This document shows, in pieces, positions 19,378 through 29,091 of a stretch of 64,000 nt of DNA. Made by a program: the position numbers and the translations under genes. Origin of the DNA: Eubacteriales bacterium (GTDB lineage Bacteria; Bacillota; Clostridia; Oscillospirales; QAKW01); the NCBI GenBank assembly GCA_045657265.1, contig JAZOSU010000001.1, positions 2,653-66,652 on the forward strand. Direction: 5' to 3'. Under the pieces are notes generated by a model. It was not told the origin of the DNA. It was given only the letters and a program-made list of their open reading frames with translations, and ran no database searches. Every line of letters begins with the position of its first letter. Within the stretch, counting starts at the first letter, position 1.

Positions 19378-22300
19378 TAAATATCAGCAGCGTAAAGAAT
19401 CTGTGCCAAAGATGCACGTGTAATTACTGTTTTCGGTTCAAATTTACCGTTGCCTGTACCTGAAACAACTCCTGCTTTTGCCATTGCAGCAACTGATGTT
19501 TTAGCCCAGTCACTTACATCCGCAAAATCTACAAAATCACATTTTTCTTCTACGGGGAATTTTTCAGGGTACATATTGCAGATAAGTGTACAAAGCTGTT
19601 CACGTGTAAGTTCCATATCGGGTGAGAATGTTGTCTCTGACGTGCCGTATGTAACTTTGTTTTCATAGCACCAAGCAACAGCTGCAGCATAGTAAGCCTT
19701 TTCATCTACGTCCTTGAAAGGAGTCGCTTTAATGTCTGCTTTTGAAAGATCAGCATTTTCAAGGTTTGCAAGTACAACCGCAGCCTGAGCGCGAGTTACT
19801 TTATCTTCGGGAGCAAATTTATCATCGCCTACACCAACCATAAGGTTCTGCTCTGTTGTATAGTCTACAGCATCGCTGTACCAAGCATCGTCATCTACGT
19901 CTGTATAATCAGTTTTGGTAACAGTTGTATCAACTGTATTGGTTTTTATAGCGCTACCGCTCTGGCTTAGAGCAGTAACTGTGATTATACCGTCTGCAAA
20001 ATTAAGTTTTGTTGCAACTGTACCGTCGCCTTTGTATGAACCGTTACCTGCAATTGCATAGCTCTGAGCTCGGTAATCTCTTGCATTGAAGTATGAGGTT
20101 TCTGAATCTGAAAATACTGCAAGGTCTGTACCTAATGTATTAAGCACTTTGTTATAATCTGTACCAAGGTTATTATAAAGTTCTGCGCTTTCTGAGAACA
20201 CAAGATTATATGTGCTGTCTCCATATGACTGACCTTTAAGCCAGCCAAGTTGTTTTACACGTACATTTTCAAAAACTGCAAGTCCGTTATAGTATACTGC
20301 ATCATCAGCAATTTTTGACGCAGTGTCAAGAATTATTGTTGATACCGGACCAAACTCAACTTTATTGTAGAACTGACCTGTTCTGACCTGTATGTCATTT
20401 ATAACGTAAGGTGCAAAATCACCCTGTATTTCAGAGTTACCACGAACAAAGTATACAGGTTTTTTACCGTTTGAAACAATGCCCATACCATAAAGCATTT
20501 CTACAAAGTCTGTAGGTGACTGCATATTCTGAGCAACGCTTCCGTTCATTACGATAACGTCAGCGGTTTTTGCCATATTACGTACTTTGGTATACATTTT
20601 ATCTGATTCTTCCCACTGAGAAACAACCAGCATTTCAACGTCTTCGCCGTCGTCATAACCGTCAAAGTCAATAAGACCTGTTGAAATTTCAATACCAAGT
20701 TCCATATTCGTTGTGTATTCAACGTTCATTATGTGACGTGATACACATTCGTATTTGCCCATCTCAAGATATTTCTTAGGAACAATTACAGAGTGTATGT
20801 TTTTATTACCTGCGTTTGCTGAAAGCAACTCAAGTTTATTTGAGTTTATTCTGTAATAACCTGATGCTGAATCAGAGAATTTATAAATTTTACCGTCTAC
20901 ATTAACTCTCACCTCGCCTGTTGCAGACTCTCCATGAGTTGTAGACCATACTACGTTGTAGTATTTATTTCCTACATCAAAAACTACGGGTTTTGAAAGG
21001 AATTTGAAAGAAGTATCGTTAGCTACTGTTGTTAAACCGACTTTATTATCGTCGTTTGCTTTATAGTAATCAGGATTTCTATAGTCAGCAGGTTTAATGT
21101 CTTCTACGTATCCTTCAATTATATTTTGTTCATTAAGTCCTGCCTGTATTTCGAATTTTGTTGAAATAGGACCTTCACTTGTTGCGGCAGTTGTTGTGAT
21201 AACACCGTTTTTAAGAGTAAACTGGCTGGCAACAAATTGTTTTGCACCTTTATGCTTATAGTGAAATCCGCCTACCCATACAGGAAAAGTTGTACAATAG
21301 GAATGTCCTTCAACATACTGATCAAACTTGGCATATGCTGTTCCATCATCATTTACTGATTCAGCTATCAATGCTTCAAAGTCTTTGTCTAATGTTTTTG
21401 AAATAAGCTTATATCCTGTAGGAGTACACATCTGAAGGTAATGAGTATGGCCTGAAACCAGATAGTCTGTGCCGTATTCTGAGAAGAATTTTGTCCAGTC
21501 ATTGCCGTAATGTTTGTTTGTATCTCCGCCGTGGCTGAGGACTATTTTATACTGAGAATCTTTATTGTTATAACCGTCCAGACCTGAAAGCCAATATGTC
21601 TGTTCTTTACGGTAGTTATCGAAGCTTGCAAAGCCTGTATACTCATGGTGTGTATCAACTTTATCTTCACCATAGTCTACAACAATGGAAGAAAGGGGAC
21701 CGTAATCAAAAGTAAAATACAATTCGCCTGTATCACCTGCAAGATATTCTTTTATATATGTAGAATATTTAGAACGTGTTTCGTGGTTACCTCTTGTATA
21801 TGCTACAGGGATAGTACCCCCTGTAAGAAGCTCTGCCAGTTTGATAATATACTCAATAGAATGAGTGTCTTGTGACATCATTTTGCCATGAGTGTATGTA
21901 GTAATATCACCAAGCATAAACAACATATCGGCAGTTTTGGCAGGAAGGTTATTTACTGCTGTTTTTACTATATTCATATCGATACCGTGAGTATCGGTAA
22001 CTGTCCAGATATTGATTTCTTGCTGATTATGATATCCTTTGAATGAACGTGTTACAGAACAGGTATTACCATAAACTGCCGAATAGCCCACACGGTCTGT
22101 CACCGCTGTTGATTTTACAGTATAACTTCCTGCACCGTCGAGATGCTCTTTGGGAACCTGTACACTATGCATAGTATCATCAGTACGCACAATACCGTTT
22201 TCTTCATCATATACACGATAAAGGGTTCCGTTATATGTATACTCTACGTAACCTGTACCTGCTACATCTGTCGTCCAAACAACATTATATATTTCACCGC

Positions 22301-22415
22301 CGACAAAAACTGCCGGATTAGTCAGGATATTTATCGCTGTGGCAGCCGAAGCAAAACATGTAAAGGATGAAAGAATTAAAACAAATGTAAGAAGTATTGC
22401 TAAAAATCTCTTCAT
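19377..22415 (-). CDS. large secreted SLH-anchored protein with a duplicated metallophosphoesterase module
   Basis: Signal peptide MKRFLAILLTFVLILSSFTCFASA (start at 22415, GAGG RBS). The first module carries DTHG, GDIT, GNHE and GHTH. The second, paralogous module has these degenerated (SQWEES, MNGSV, GNSE). Three C-terminal SLH modules. Confidence 0.8.
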   Translation of the reverse strand: MKRFLAILLTFVLILSSFTCFASAATAINILTNPAVFVGGEIYNVVWTTDVAGTGYVEYTYNGTLYRVYDEENGIVRTDDTMHSVQVPKEHLDGAGSYTVKSTAVTDRVGYSAVYGNTCSVTRSFKGYHNQQEINIWTVTDTHGIDMNIVKTAVNNLPAKTADMLFMLGDITTYTHGKMMSQDTHSIEYIIKLAELLTGGTIPVAYTRGNHETRSKYSTYIKEYLAGDTGELYFTFDYGPLSSIVVDYGEDKVDTHHEYTGFASFDNYRKEQTYWLSGLDGYNNKDSQYKIVLSHGGDTNKHYGNDWTKFFSEYGTDYLVSGHTHYLQMCTPTGYKLISKTLDKDFEALIAESVNDDGTAYAKFDQYVEGHSYCTTFPVWVGGFHYKHKGAKQFVASQFTLKNGVITTTAATSEGPISTKFEIQAGLNEQNIIEGYVEDIKPADYRNPDYYKANDDNKVGLTTVANDTSFKFLSKPVVFDVGNKYYNVVWSTTHGESATGEVRVNVDGKIYKFSDSASGYYRINSNKLELLSANAGNKNIHSVIVPKKYLEMGKYECVSRHIMNVEYTTNMELGIEISTGLIDFDGYDDGEDVEMLVVSQWEESDKMYTKVRNMAKTADVIVMNGSVAQNMQSPTDFVEMLYGMGIVSNGKKPVYFVRGNSEIQGDFAPYVINDIQVRTGQFYNKVEFGPVSTIILDTASKIADDAVYYNGLAVFENVRVKQLGWLKGQSYGDSTYNLVFSESAELYNNLGTDYNKVLNTLGTDLAVFSDSETSYFNARDYRAQSYAIAGNGSYKGDGTVATKLNFADGIITVTALSQSGSAIKTNTVDTTVTKTDYTDVDDDAWYSDAVDYTTEQNLMVGVGDDKFAPEDKVTRAQAAVVLANLENADLSKADIKATPFKDVDEKAYYAAAVAWCYENKVTYGTSETTFSPDMELTREQLCTLICNMYPEKFPVEEKCDFVDFADVSDWAKTSVAAMAKAGVVSGTGNGKFEPKTVITRASLAQILYAADI

Positions 22416-22496
22416 AATACAAACCTCATTTCGCAATATAGTGGATATTCCACTCCACTTTACAACATTATACTATTAATAAGTACACTTTGTCAA

Positions 22497-22550
22497 CAAA
22501 AAAAGCAAGGCTATAAAAACAATTAATTTTCATAGCCTTGTTGTTTTTTG
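22497..22550 (-). terminator. intrinsic terminator after purC
   Basis: CAAGGCTAT/ATAGCCTTG stem with T-runs on both strands. Confidence 0.5.
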
Positions 22551-22576
22551 AGCGTGGAACTATCTTTAAGTTTCTA

Positions 22577-23260
22577 TTATCTGTTAAGGATAAGTTTTGT
22601 AAGTTCTACAGGTTCAACGATTTTGCCGTCTTTATAAACACGCATATTACCTGATGCGATTTCGTCTATAAGAATTACTTCATTTCCATTGTAACCGAAC
22701 TCAAATTTGATATCCCAGAGATCGAGTCCGATGGTTTTAAGGTCATCTGCAACTATCTTTGTGATTTTAAGTGTCTGCTCTTTCATGCTTTCAAACATAT
22801 CAAGTGACATAACGCCGAGAGCTGCAAGACCTTCGCCTGTTACAAGAGGATCGCCTTTTTCGTCATTTTTAAAGGTGCATTCAACGTAACCGCCTTCTAA
22901 AACGGTACCGTCTTCAATATATTCGCCGTATCTGCGGATAAAGCTGCTTGTTGCAACAAGTCTGCAAATTACTTCAAGACCGTGTCCGAAAACTTTGCCG
23001 GGAAGAACTTCCATTGTAGCATCGTCTATATTTGCTGATACGTAGTGAGTCTTGATTCCTGCTTTTTTCAAAAGCTCAAAATAATAAACAGATGTTTCAA
23101 GATTGGCTTTACCTATACCTTCAATTGTAAGACCTACTGTGTTTTCGCCGGGATCAAACACGCCGTCTTTACCGGTACAGTCATCTTTGAATTTAAGCAT
23201 AACGTTACCGTTATCAAGTTCATATACGTCTTTGGTTTTGCCTTGGTAAACTTTTTTCAT
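22577..23260 (-). CDS. purC: phosphoribosylaminoimidazole-succinocarboxamide synthase
   Basis: [18 protein letters not shown] start and overall SAICAR-synthase pattern; 227 aa. Confidence 0.9.
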   Translation of the reverse strand: MKKVYQGKTKDVYELDNGNVMLKFKDDCTGKDGVFDPGENTVGLTIEGIGKANLETSVYYFELLKKAGIKTHYVSANIDDATMEVLPGKVFGHGLEVICRLVATSSFIRRYGEYIEDGTVLEGGYVECTFKNDEKGDPLVTGEGLAALGVMSLDMFESMKEQTLKITKIVADDLKTIGLDLWDIKFEFGYNGNEVILIDEIASGNMRVYKDGKIVEPVELTKLILNR

Positions 23261-23289
23261 ATTTTTAAACTCCTTTAAGTTTTTTTACT

Positions 23290-24660
23290 TTAATTATTTC
23301 CGGCAATATATCTTGCCACGTGAACTCCGCTTGCCGATGCGTGAGACAGTGAATGTGTTATTCCGCTACAGTCACCTATAACGAAAAGCCCTTTGTGTTT
23401 TGTTTCGAGATTTTCGTCTATAGCAACTTCCATATTATAAAACTTGACTTCAACACCGTACAGCAATGTATCAACATTAGCCGTACCGGGTGCCACTTTA
23501 TCAAGAGCATAAATCATTTCGATTATACCGTCAAGTATTCGTTTGGGAATTACAAGACTAAGGTCTCCCGGTGTTGCCGCAAGTGTCGGAATTGTGAAAG
23601 AATCTCTGATTCTGTCAGGGGTACTTCTTCTTCCCTGTATAAGATCGCCGAAACGCTGAACTATGACTCCGCCGCCGAGCATATTAGAAAGTCTGGCAAC
23701 ACTCTCACCGTAACCGTTACTGTCTTTAAACGGTTCGGAAAAATGTTTAGCAACAAGAAGAGCAAAGTTTGTGTTTTCAGTCTGTTTTGCAGGGTCTTCA
23801 TAGCTGTGTCCGTTAACGGTAACAATTCCGTTTGTGTTTTCATTAACAACGGCACCTTTGGGGTTCATACAGAAAGTACGCACAAGGTCACCGTATTTTT
23901 CTGTGCGGTATACTATCTTACTTTCGTAAAGTTCGTCTGTAAGATGGTCAAAAACCGCCGCAGGAAGCTCTACTCTGACGCCTATATCAACTCGGTTACT
24001 CTTTGTGGGAATTTCAAGATTTTCGCAAACGCTTTCCATCCATTTACTGCCGCTTCTTCCTGCAGAAATAATACACTTATCGGATTCATATGTATCGCCG
24101 TTTGCAATAACTTTATATCCCGATTCGGTCTTGTCAACTTTTTCAACCGCTGTGTTAAATTTAAACTCCGCTTTTTCTTTAAGTTCGTTATATATGTTTT
24201 CAAGAACCACGTAGTTTATATCAGTACCCAGATGTCTTACCGAAGCATCAAGCAGATGAAGTCCGCTCTGAAGACATTTCTTTTTCAATGCAGTATTTTC
24301 AGTGGAATAAAGTTTTGTTCCCTCTCCGCCGTGCGAAATATTAATTTCATCTACATAGTGCATAAGAGAAAGTGCTGTTTCTCTTCCGATATATTCGTAA
24401 AGAGTACCGCCGAATTGATTTGTAATATTGTATTTACCGTCAGAAAATGCTCCCGCACCGCCAAAACCGTTCATAATAGAACAGGGTTTACAACCTATAC
24501 AACTTTTGATTTTTTTACCGTCAATAGGACATTTTCTTTTAGAAAGTGGATTACCCGCTTCCAAAACGAGAATTTTAAGAGCCGGATTTAATTTAACAAG
24601 TTCGTAGCAGGAAAATATCCCGCCCGGACCTGCTCCGATTATAATGACATCGTATTTCAT
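23290..24660 (-). CDS. FAD-dependent oxidoreductase (COG2509-like)
   Basis: N-terminal dinucleotide-binding motif DVIIIGAGPGG and C-terminal GDCSG motif; 456 aa. Confidence 0.75.
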   Translation of the reverse strand: MKYDVIIIGAGPGGIFSCYELVKLNPALKILVLEAGNPLSKRKCPIDGKKIKSCIGCKPCSIMNGFGGAGAFSDGKYNITNQFGGTLYEYIGRETALSLMHYVDEINISHGGEGTKLYSTENTALKKKCLQSGLHLLDASVRHLGTDINYVVLENIYNELKEKAEFKFNTAVEKVDKTESGYKVIANGDTYESDKCIISAGRSGSKWMESVCENLEIPTKSNRVDIGVRVELPAAVFDHLTDELYESKIVYRTEKYGDLVRTFCMNPKGAVVNENTNGIVTVNGHSYEDPAKQTENTNFALLVAKHFSEPFKDSNGYGESVARLSNMLGGGVIVQRFGDLIQGRRSTPDRIRDSFTIPTLAATPGDLSLVIPKRILDGIIEMIYALDKVAPGTANVDTLLYGVEVKFYNMEVAIDENLETKHKGLFVIGDCSGITHSLSHASASGVHVARYIAGNN

Positions 24661-24672
24661 CTAAATCTTTCC

Positions 24673-25143
24673 TTATTTGACATATACGTTTTTGATTATC
24701 TGATCCTCAAGAGGTCTGTCTCTCATATCAGTATCACACTCTGCAATTCCATCGACTGCATCCATACCCGATACAACCTTACCAAATGCGGCATACTGAC
24801 CATCAAGATGAGGTGCATCCTGATGCATAATGAAGAACTGACTGCCTGCGCTGTTTGGCATCATTGAACGCGCCATTGAAATAACACCGCGTGTATGTTT
24901 TATGTCGTTATGAACACCGTTTGCTTCAAATTCACCTTTAATTGTATGACCGGGACCGCCTGTTCCTGTTCCGTGGGGACAACCGCCCTGAATCATAAAA
25001 CCTTTTATAACACGGTGGAAAATAAGTCCGTCATAAAAACCGTCTTCAACAAGTTTTGTAAAGTTTTCACATGTTATGGGAGCTTTGTCGGGATAAAGCT
25101 CGATTTCTATTTTCTTTCCGTTTTCAAGTTCAATTACTATCAT
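24673..25143 (-). CDS. ppiB: cyclophilin-type peptidyl-prolyl cis-trans isomerase
   Basis: FHRVIKGFMIQGG, GSQFFI and AFGKVV motifs. Confidence 0.95.
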   Translation of the reverse strand: MIVIELENGKKIEIELYPDKAPITCENFTKLVEDGFYDGLIFHRVIKGFMIQGGCPHGTGTGGPGHTIKGEFEANGVHNDIKHTRGVISMARSMMPNSAGSQFFIMHQDAPHLDGQYAAFGKVVSGMDAVDGIAECDTDMRDRPLEDQIIKNVYVK

Positions 25144-25148
25144 TGTTT

Positions 25149-26408
25149 TTACCTTTCTGCTATTCGTATATCAGCGCCGAGGTTTCTGAATTTTTCTATA
25201 ATGTTTTCATATCCTCGTTCAATATATTCAATTTCTTCTATTTCGGTTGTTCCCCCTGCTACAAGTCCCGCAATTATCATTGCCGCGCCTGCTCTCAAAT
25301 CACAAGAACGTATAGGCGATCCGAGAAGCTCCGCTCCGCCTTCAATTGTAGCAACATTACCTGTTACAGATATTGCAGCACCCATCTTGCGAAGCTCGTC
25401 CACATATTTGAATCTGCTCTCCCAGATGTTTTCGGTAATTCTGCTTGTACCGTCAGCCATTGCCATAAGCACAGCCATCTGCGGTTGCATATCGGTAGGA
25501 AATCCCGGATAAGGCATAGTTTTTATTGATGCACTTTCAATTTTGTCAGTTCCGATTATACGGATGTAATCATCAAATTCCACAACACCGATATTCATTT
25601 CGGTAAGTTTTCTCGAAATACATTCAAGATGTTTAGGAATTACGTTTTTAATAGTCACGTCGCCTCTTGTGGCGGCGGCAGCAACCATAAAAGTACCTGC
25701 TTCTATCTGATCCGGTATCACAGCATAGGTTCCGCCATAAAGTTCCGGCACACCGCGTACTTTTATAACATCTGTTCCTGCACCCGAAATATTGGCACCC
25801 ATAGAATTGAGAAAGTTTGCCACGTCAACAATATGAGGTTCTTTTGCAACGTTTTCCATAACTGTCATACCGTCAGCTGTTGCGGCGGCCATCATAACGT
25901 TTATTGTAGCTCCGACAGACACAACGTCAAAGTATATATGATTAGCCTTAAGTCCGCCTTCGCATCTTGCGTGAACATTACCACGTTCAAAATCAACCTT
26001 TGCGCCAAGTCTTTCAAAACCTTTTATATGCTGGTCAATAGGACGAAGACCTATGGAACATCCTCCCGGCATTGCAACAGTTGCCTCATTCCATCTTCCA
26101 AGCATAGCACTGAGAAAATAATATGATGCGCGGAGTCTTCTGGCAAGGTCATAAGGTATTTCGCAGGATTTTATATTTGTACAGTCTATCTCAAGAGTTT
26201 TAGAATTTATATGTTTTATCGACGCACCCATATGTCTGAGAATTTCAAGAATATTGGTAACGTCGCTTATTTGCGGAACATTTTCGATGGTGCATTTACC
26301 CTTTACCATAACAGTAGCAGGAAGAATAGCAACAATGGCATTTTTACCGCCGCTTATTTCAACTTCGCCTTCGAGTTTACAAGGGCCGTTTATAACGATT
26401 TTTCTCAC
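25149..26408 (-). CDS. murA: UDP-N-acetylglucosamine 1-carboxyvinyltransferase
   Basis: 419 aa EPSP-synthase fold. GGKNA, the PGGCSIG active-site loop and LRAGAA motifs. Confidence 0.95.
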   Translation of the reverse strand: MRKIVINGPCKLEGEVEISGGKNAIVAILPATVMVKGKCTIENVPQISDVTNILEILRHMGASIKHINSKTLEIDCTNIKSCEIPYDLARRLRASYYFLSAMLGRWNEATVAMPGGCSIGLRPIDQHIKGFERLGAKVDFERGNVHARCEGGLKANHIYFDVVSVGATINVMMAAATADGMTVMENVAKEPHIVDVANFLNSMGANISGAGTDVIKVRGVPELYGGTYAVIPDQIEAGTFMVAAAATRGDVTIKNVIPKHLECISRKLTEMNIGVVEFDDYIRIIGTDKIESASIKTMPYPGFPTDMQPQMAVLMAMADGTSRITENIWESRFKYVDELRKMGAAISVTGNVATIEGGAELLGSPIRSCDLRAGAAMIIAGLVAGGTTEIEEIEYIERGYENIIEKFRNLGADIRIAER

Positions 26409-26486
26409 CTGTCCGCCTCCTTTTGAAAAATAAAATTATCTCACCAAAATAGTATATCACATATATATCCCAAAATAAAGATTTTT

Positions 26487-28463
26487 TTATTCCAAAATGT
26501 AATTTTTGTAAAAATCAGTAAAAATTGTAGCTCCTACCGCACGGTTTGCTGTTATTGCCGGTTCAAACATATTGTTTCCCGTGCCGCTTATAAGACCCGC
26601 TCCGAAACATTTATATACTTCGGTTTTTGCCCAGGAACTTATATTTTTATCGTCTTTGAATTTTGACTGTTCTTCAGTAAGGGTTTCTCCCATATAATTT
26701 TCTATATAATTTGCAAGCATTACGCACATCTGTTCTCTCGTCACCGATAAATCAGGTGAAAACACACCTTTAGCCGTACCCGAAACTATATCGTTTTGCC
26801 ACGCCCATTTTACCGCTTGGTAAAACCATTTATCAGAAGTTACGTCTACAAATTCTTCAAAATTTTCATCGCCGTACATATTAGCGCCCGAAACGTTGGC
26901 AAGAACCTGTACAAACTGGGCTCTGCTCATATCCATATCGGGTGAAAACTTATTATCTCCCGTGCCTGAAAACATTCCGAAAGTCACAGCAGAATCTACG
27001 TAGGTTTTATACCACGCATTTTCTTTCACATCTCTGAACTGTTTTGAAGAATCAATATACTCAAAATCCTGTTTTTTGGTAAATGCCTTCATACAAAGCA
27101 TTGCCTTATGCATAGAAAAATCTATGTGACAGTCCTCAAGAGCAGTAAGAGAAGAAAAATCCTGACCGCTTATATAACAGGTATCTTCAATCTGGGTTGC
27201 GCCTTTTATTAAAGTTCCGAGATTTGACTGAACAGGGAAAAACGCTTTACCTGTGTTTTTCGGCATTGTGACTTTTATTGCAACGACAAATTCCCTGCCT
27301 GTAATTTCAACATCGTCAAAATCCATTAAGTAGTATCCGCTGTATTCTGTGCTCTCACGATGTACTCTCACAAACTTTGATTTGTCGCTCACATCACCGT
27401 CCGCCGTGTTTACATAAACCTCTAAAATCGCCCCTGCAGATGCCACGTAAGTACTTACTGCGCTTAGAGTTTCTGCAGGTGTTTTTTTGGTGTATCTCGT
27501 TGCATAAATCAAACTTTCGGTATCAAAACTGCCGTTGCTTGTCCAACCGAATTGGTCATATTGGTACACAACATCCGATATATCGTTGTTCATTTCAAAA
27601 GTGGTTGCAAAAAGCTGATAGTTTATAAACATATCGTAGTACGATACGTACACAAGGTCGGTAGTTTTATCTGCATGATACTTTCCCCAACTGTTTTTTA
27701 CAATAAATGCACCGTCACCGTCCGGAGTTTTCGAGAAATTCTCTGCACTGTAAGTATCATCCCAACCTATTATAGTTACTGCGTGGTCAGGAGATGCCAT
27801 ATTGCCGTTATAGTAATAACTGCTGCGGTCTTCATTCTGATATTCTCCGCCTCTTTCAAAATACATAGAACTTCCTACCGCGCCGTATTCCATCACCCAT
27901 TTTTTAATTAACTCTATAGCTTGTGGCTGATATCCTTTGCCGAACTCAACCATCGGAACACTTGTGAGAATCCCCTGAAAATTCAGATCGTCCGTATCTA
28001 TAAGACGAATTTCCGATTCGGAAAACTTCTCATCTTCTTCCAGAGTAACTCCCGCTCTTGAAATATAAGCCGTCGAAATATATTCGTTACCGCCCTCGTT
28101 GGGAGTTCTCACATAACCATATTTTTCGTTCGTATCTTCGGAAGTTTCAAATTTCATTGTCTGTTCTGACAAATCAAATTTTTCTCCTGTATTTTTCGCA
28201 ACATATGTTTCTATAAGTTCATTATGAACAAAAGCCCAACAAGCCGCAGTGCCAAGCTGGTCATCAACGCCCGACACAAATCCCCTCTCTGCCGAACTGT
28301 ATTTTTCAGGAAAATTCCCCTTGCCTTTAAGTAGGCTGTAATAAGATTTTCCTGAACTTTTAGGCATCAAAAAAGCACTTTCTTTTGCAGAAAAACCTGT
28401 TGCGGTTATCATATTGAAAATTAACGATAAAACCGTAATTGTACATATCAGAATTTTTTTCAT
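26487..28463 (-). CDS. secreted papain-like (C1 family) cysteine peptidase with C-terminal SLH domains
   Basis: Signal peptide. Catalytic Cys in TAACWAFV, His in DHAVTIIGWDD, Asn region VKNSWG. Three SLH modules (FRDVKENAWYKTYVDSAV...). Confidence 0.8.
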   Translation of the reverse strand: MKKILICTITVLSLIFNMITATGFSAKESAFLMPKSSGKSYYSLLKGKGNFPEKYSSAERGFVSGVDDQLGTAACWAFVHNELIETYVAKNTGEKFDLSEQTMKFETSEDTNEKYGYVRTPNEGGNEYISTAYISRAGVTLEEDEKFSESEIRLIDTDDLNFQGILTSVPMVEFGKGYQPQAIELIKKWVMEYGAVGSSMYFERGGEYQNEDRSSYYYNGNMASPDHAVTIIGWDDTYSAENFSKTPDGDGAFIVKNSWGKYHADKTTDLVYVSYYDMFINYQLFATTFEMNNDISDVVYQYDQFGWTSNGSFDTESLIYATRYTKKTPAETLSAVSTYVASAGAILEVYVNTADGDVSDKSKFVRVHRESTEYSGYYLMDFDDVEITGREFVVAIKVTMPKNTGKAFFPVQSNLGTLIKGATQIEDTCYISGQDFSSLTALEDCHIDFSMHKAMLCMKAFTKKQDFEYIDSSKQFRDVKENAWYKTYVDSAVTFGMFSGTGDNKFSPDMDMSRAQFVQVLANVSGANMYGDENFEEFVDVTSDKWFYQAVKWAWQNDIVSGTAKGVFSPDLSVTREQMCVMLANYIENYMGETLTEEQSKFKDDKNISSWAKTEVYKCFGAGLISGTGNNMFEPAITANRAVGATIFTDFYKNYILE

Positions 28464-28945
28464 ATTGTAGTAAGTTGTCCTTCCGTTTTCAGACCTTTAA
28501 ATCCGCTCTGTGACAAAGCTTCATAGGCGATAATCGCTACAGAATTTGAAAGATTGAGACTTCTTGCCTCATCAATCATAGGTATGCGTATACACTTATC
28601 ATAATTTTCCGCAAGAAGAGTTTCAGGCAGCCCTTTTGTTTCTTTTCCGAACACAAGATAAAGATTTTCATCCGTCAGGTCAGCCTCGGAATATATTTTT
28701 TTGCCTTTTGTCGTGCAAAAATAAAAATCACCGCTGTTTTGAGATAAAAATTCATCATAGTTTTTATAAACTTTAAGATCAAGATACTGCCAGTAATCAA
28801 GTCCCGCTCTTCTGACTGCTTTTTCGGAAATATCAAAAGCAATAGGTTCAATTATATGAAGTCTCATTCCGGTTGCTGCACAGGTTCTTGCAATATTCCC
28901 TGTGTTCTGCGGTATTTCCGGCTCTAAAAGTACGATATTAATCAT
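28460..28945 (-). CDS. trmL: SpoU/TrmL-type tRNA 2'-O-methyltransferase
   Basis: 161 aa. NIVLLEPEIPQNTGNIARTC start and the SLNLSNSVAI knot motif. Confidence 0.85.
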   Translation of the reverse strand: MINIVLLEPEIPQNTGNIARTCAATGMRLHIIEPIAFDISEKAVRRAGLDYWQYLDLKVYKNYDEFLSQNSGDFYFCTTKGKKIYSEADLTDENLYLVFGKETKGLPETLLAENYDKCIRIPMIDEARSLNLSNSVAIIAYEALSQSGFKGLKTEGQLTTI

Positions 28946-29046
28946 TGTTTCTTCCTTTAATTTTTATTGGATATTAAATATTATAACAAATTTCTCTTTA
29001 TTTTCAATATAAAATACTGATAATACTTAACGACGGAAAGGAGATA

Positions 29047-29078
29047 TGTATAATTGTATACACTAATACAATTATACA
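29047..29078. promoter_or_regulatory. candidate GntR-type operator upstream of the citrate synthase operon
   Basis: Perfect 12 bp inverted repeat TGTATAATTGTA (29047-29058) / TACAATTATACA (29067-29078). A nested palindrome TGTATACA sits at 29055-29062. The site ends just before the AGGAG RBS at 29081. Confidence 0.45.
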
Positions 29079-29091
29079 AAAGGAGAACAAT

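Noticed and set aside
23353-24591. 412-aa ORF on the + strand, one of the longest in the track
   Set aside because: It lies entirely antisense to the well-supported FAD-dependent oxidoreductase gene (23290-24660). It has Cys/Phe/Asn-rich low-complexity composition and no RBS or recognisable motif. It is a typical shadow ORF of an AT-rich coding region.
24895-26126. Several 150-205 aa + strand ORFs (24895-25512, 25071-25529, 25629-26126)
   Set aside because: All are antisense to ppiB and murA, whose translations carry unmistakable family motifs. The antisense products are compositionally odd and mutually overlapping.
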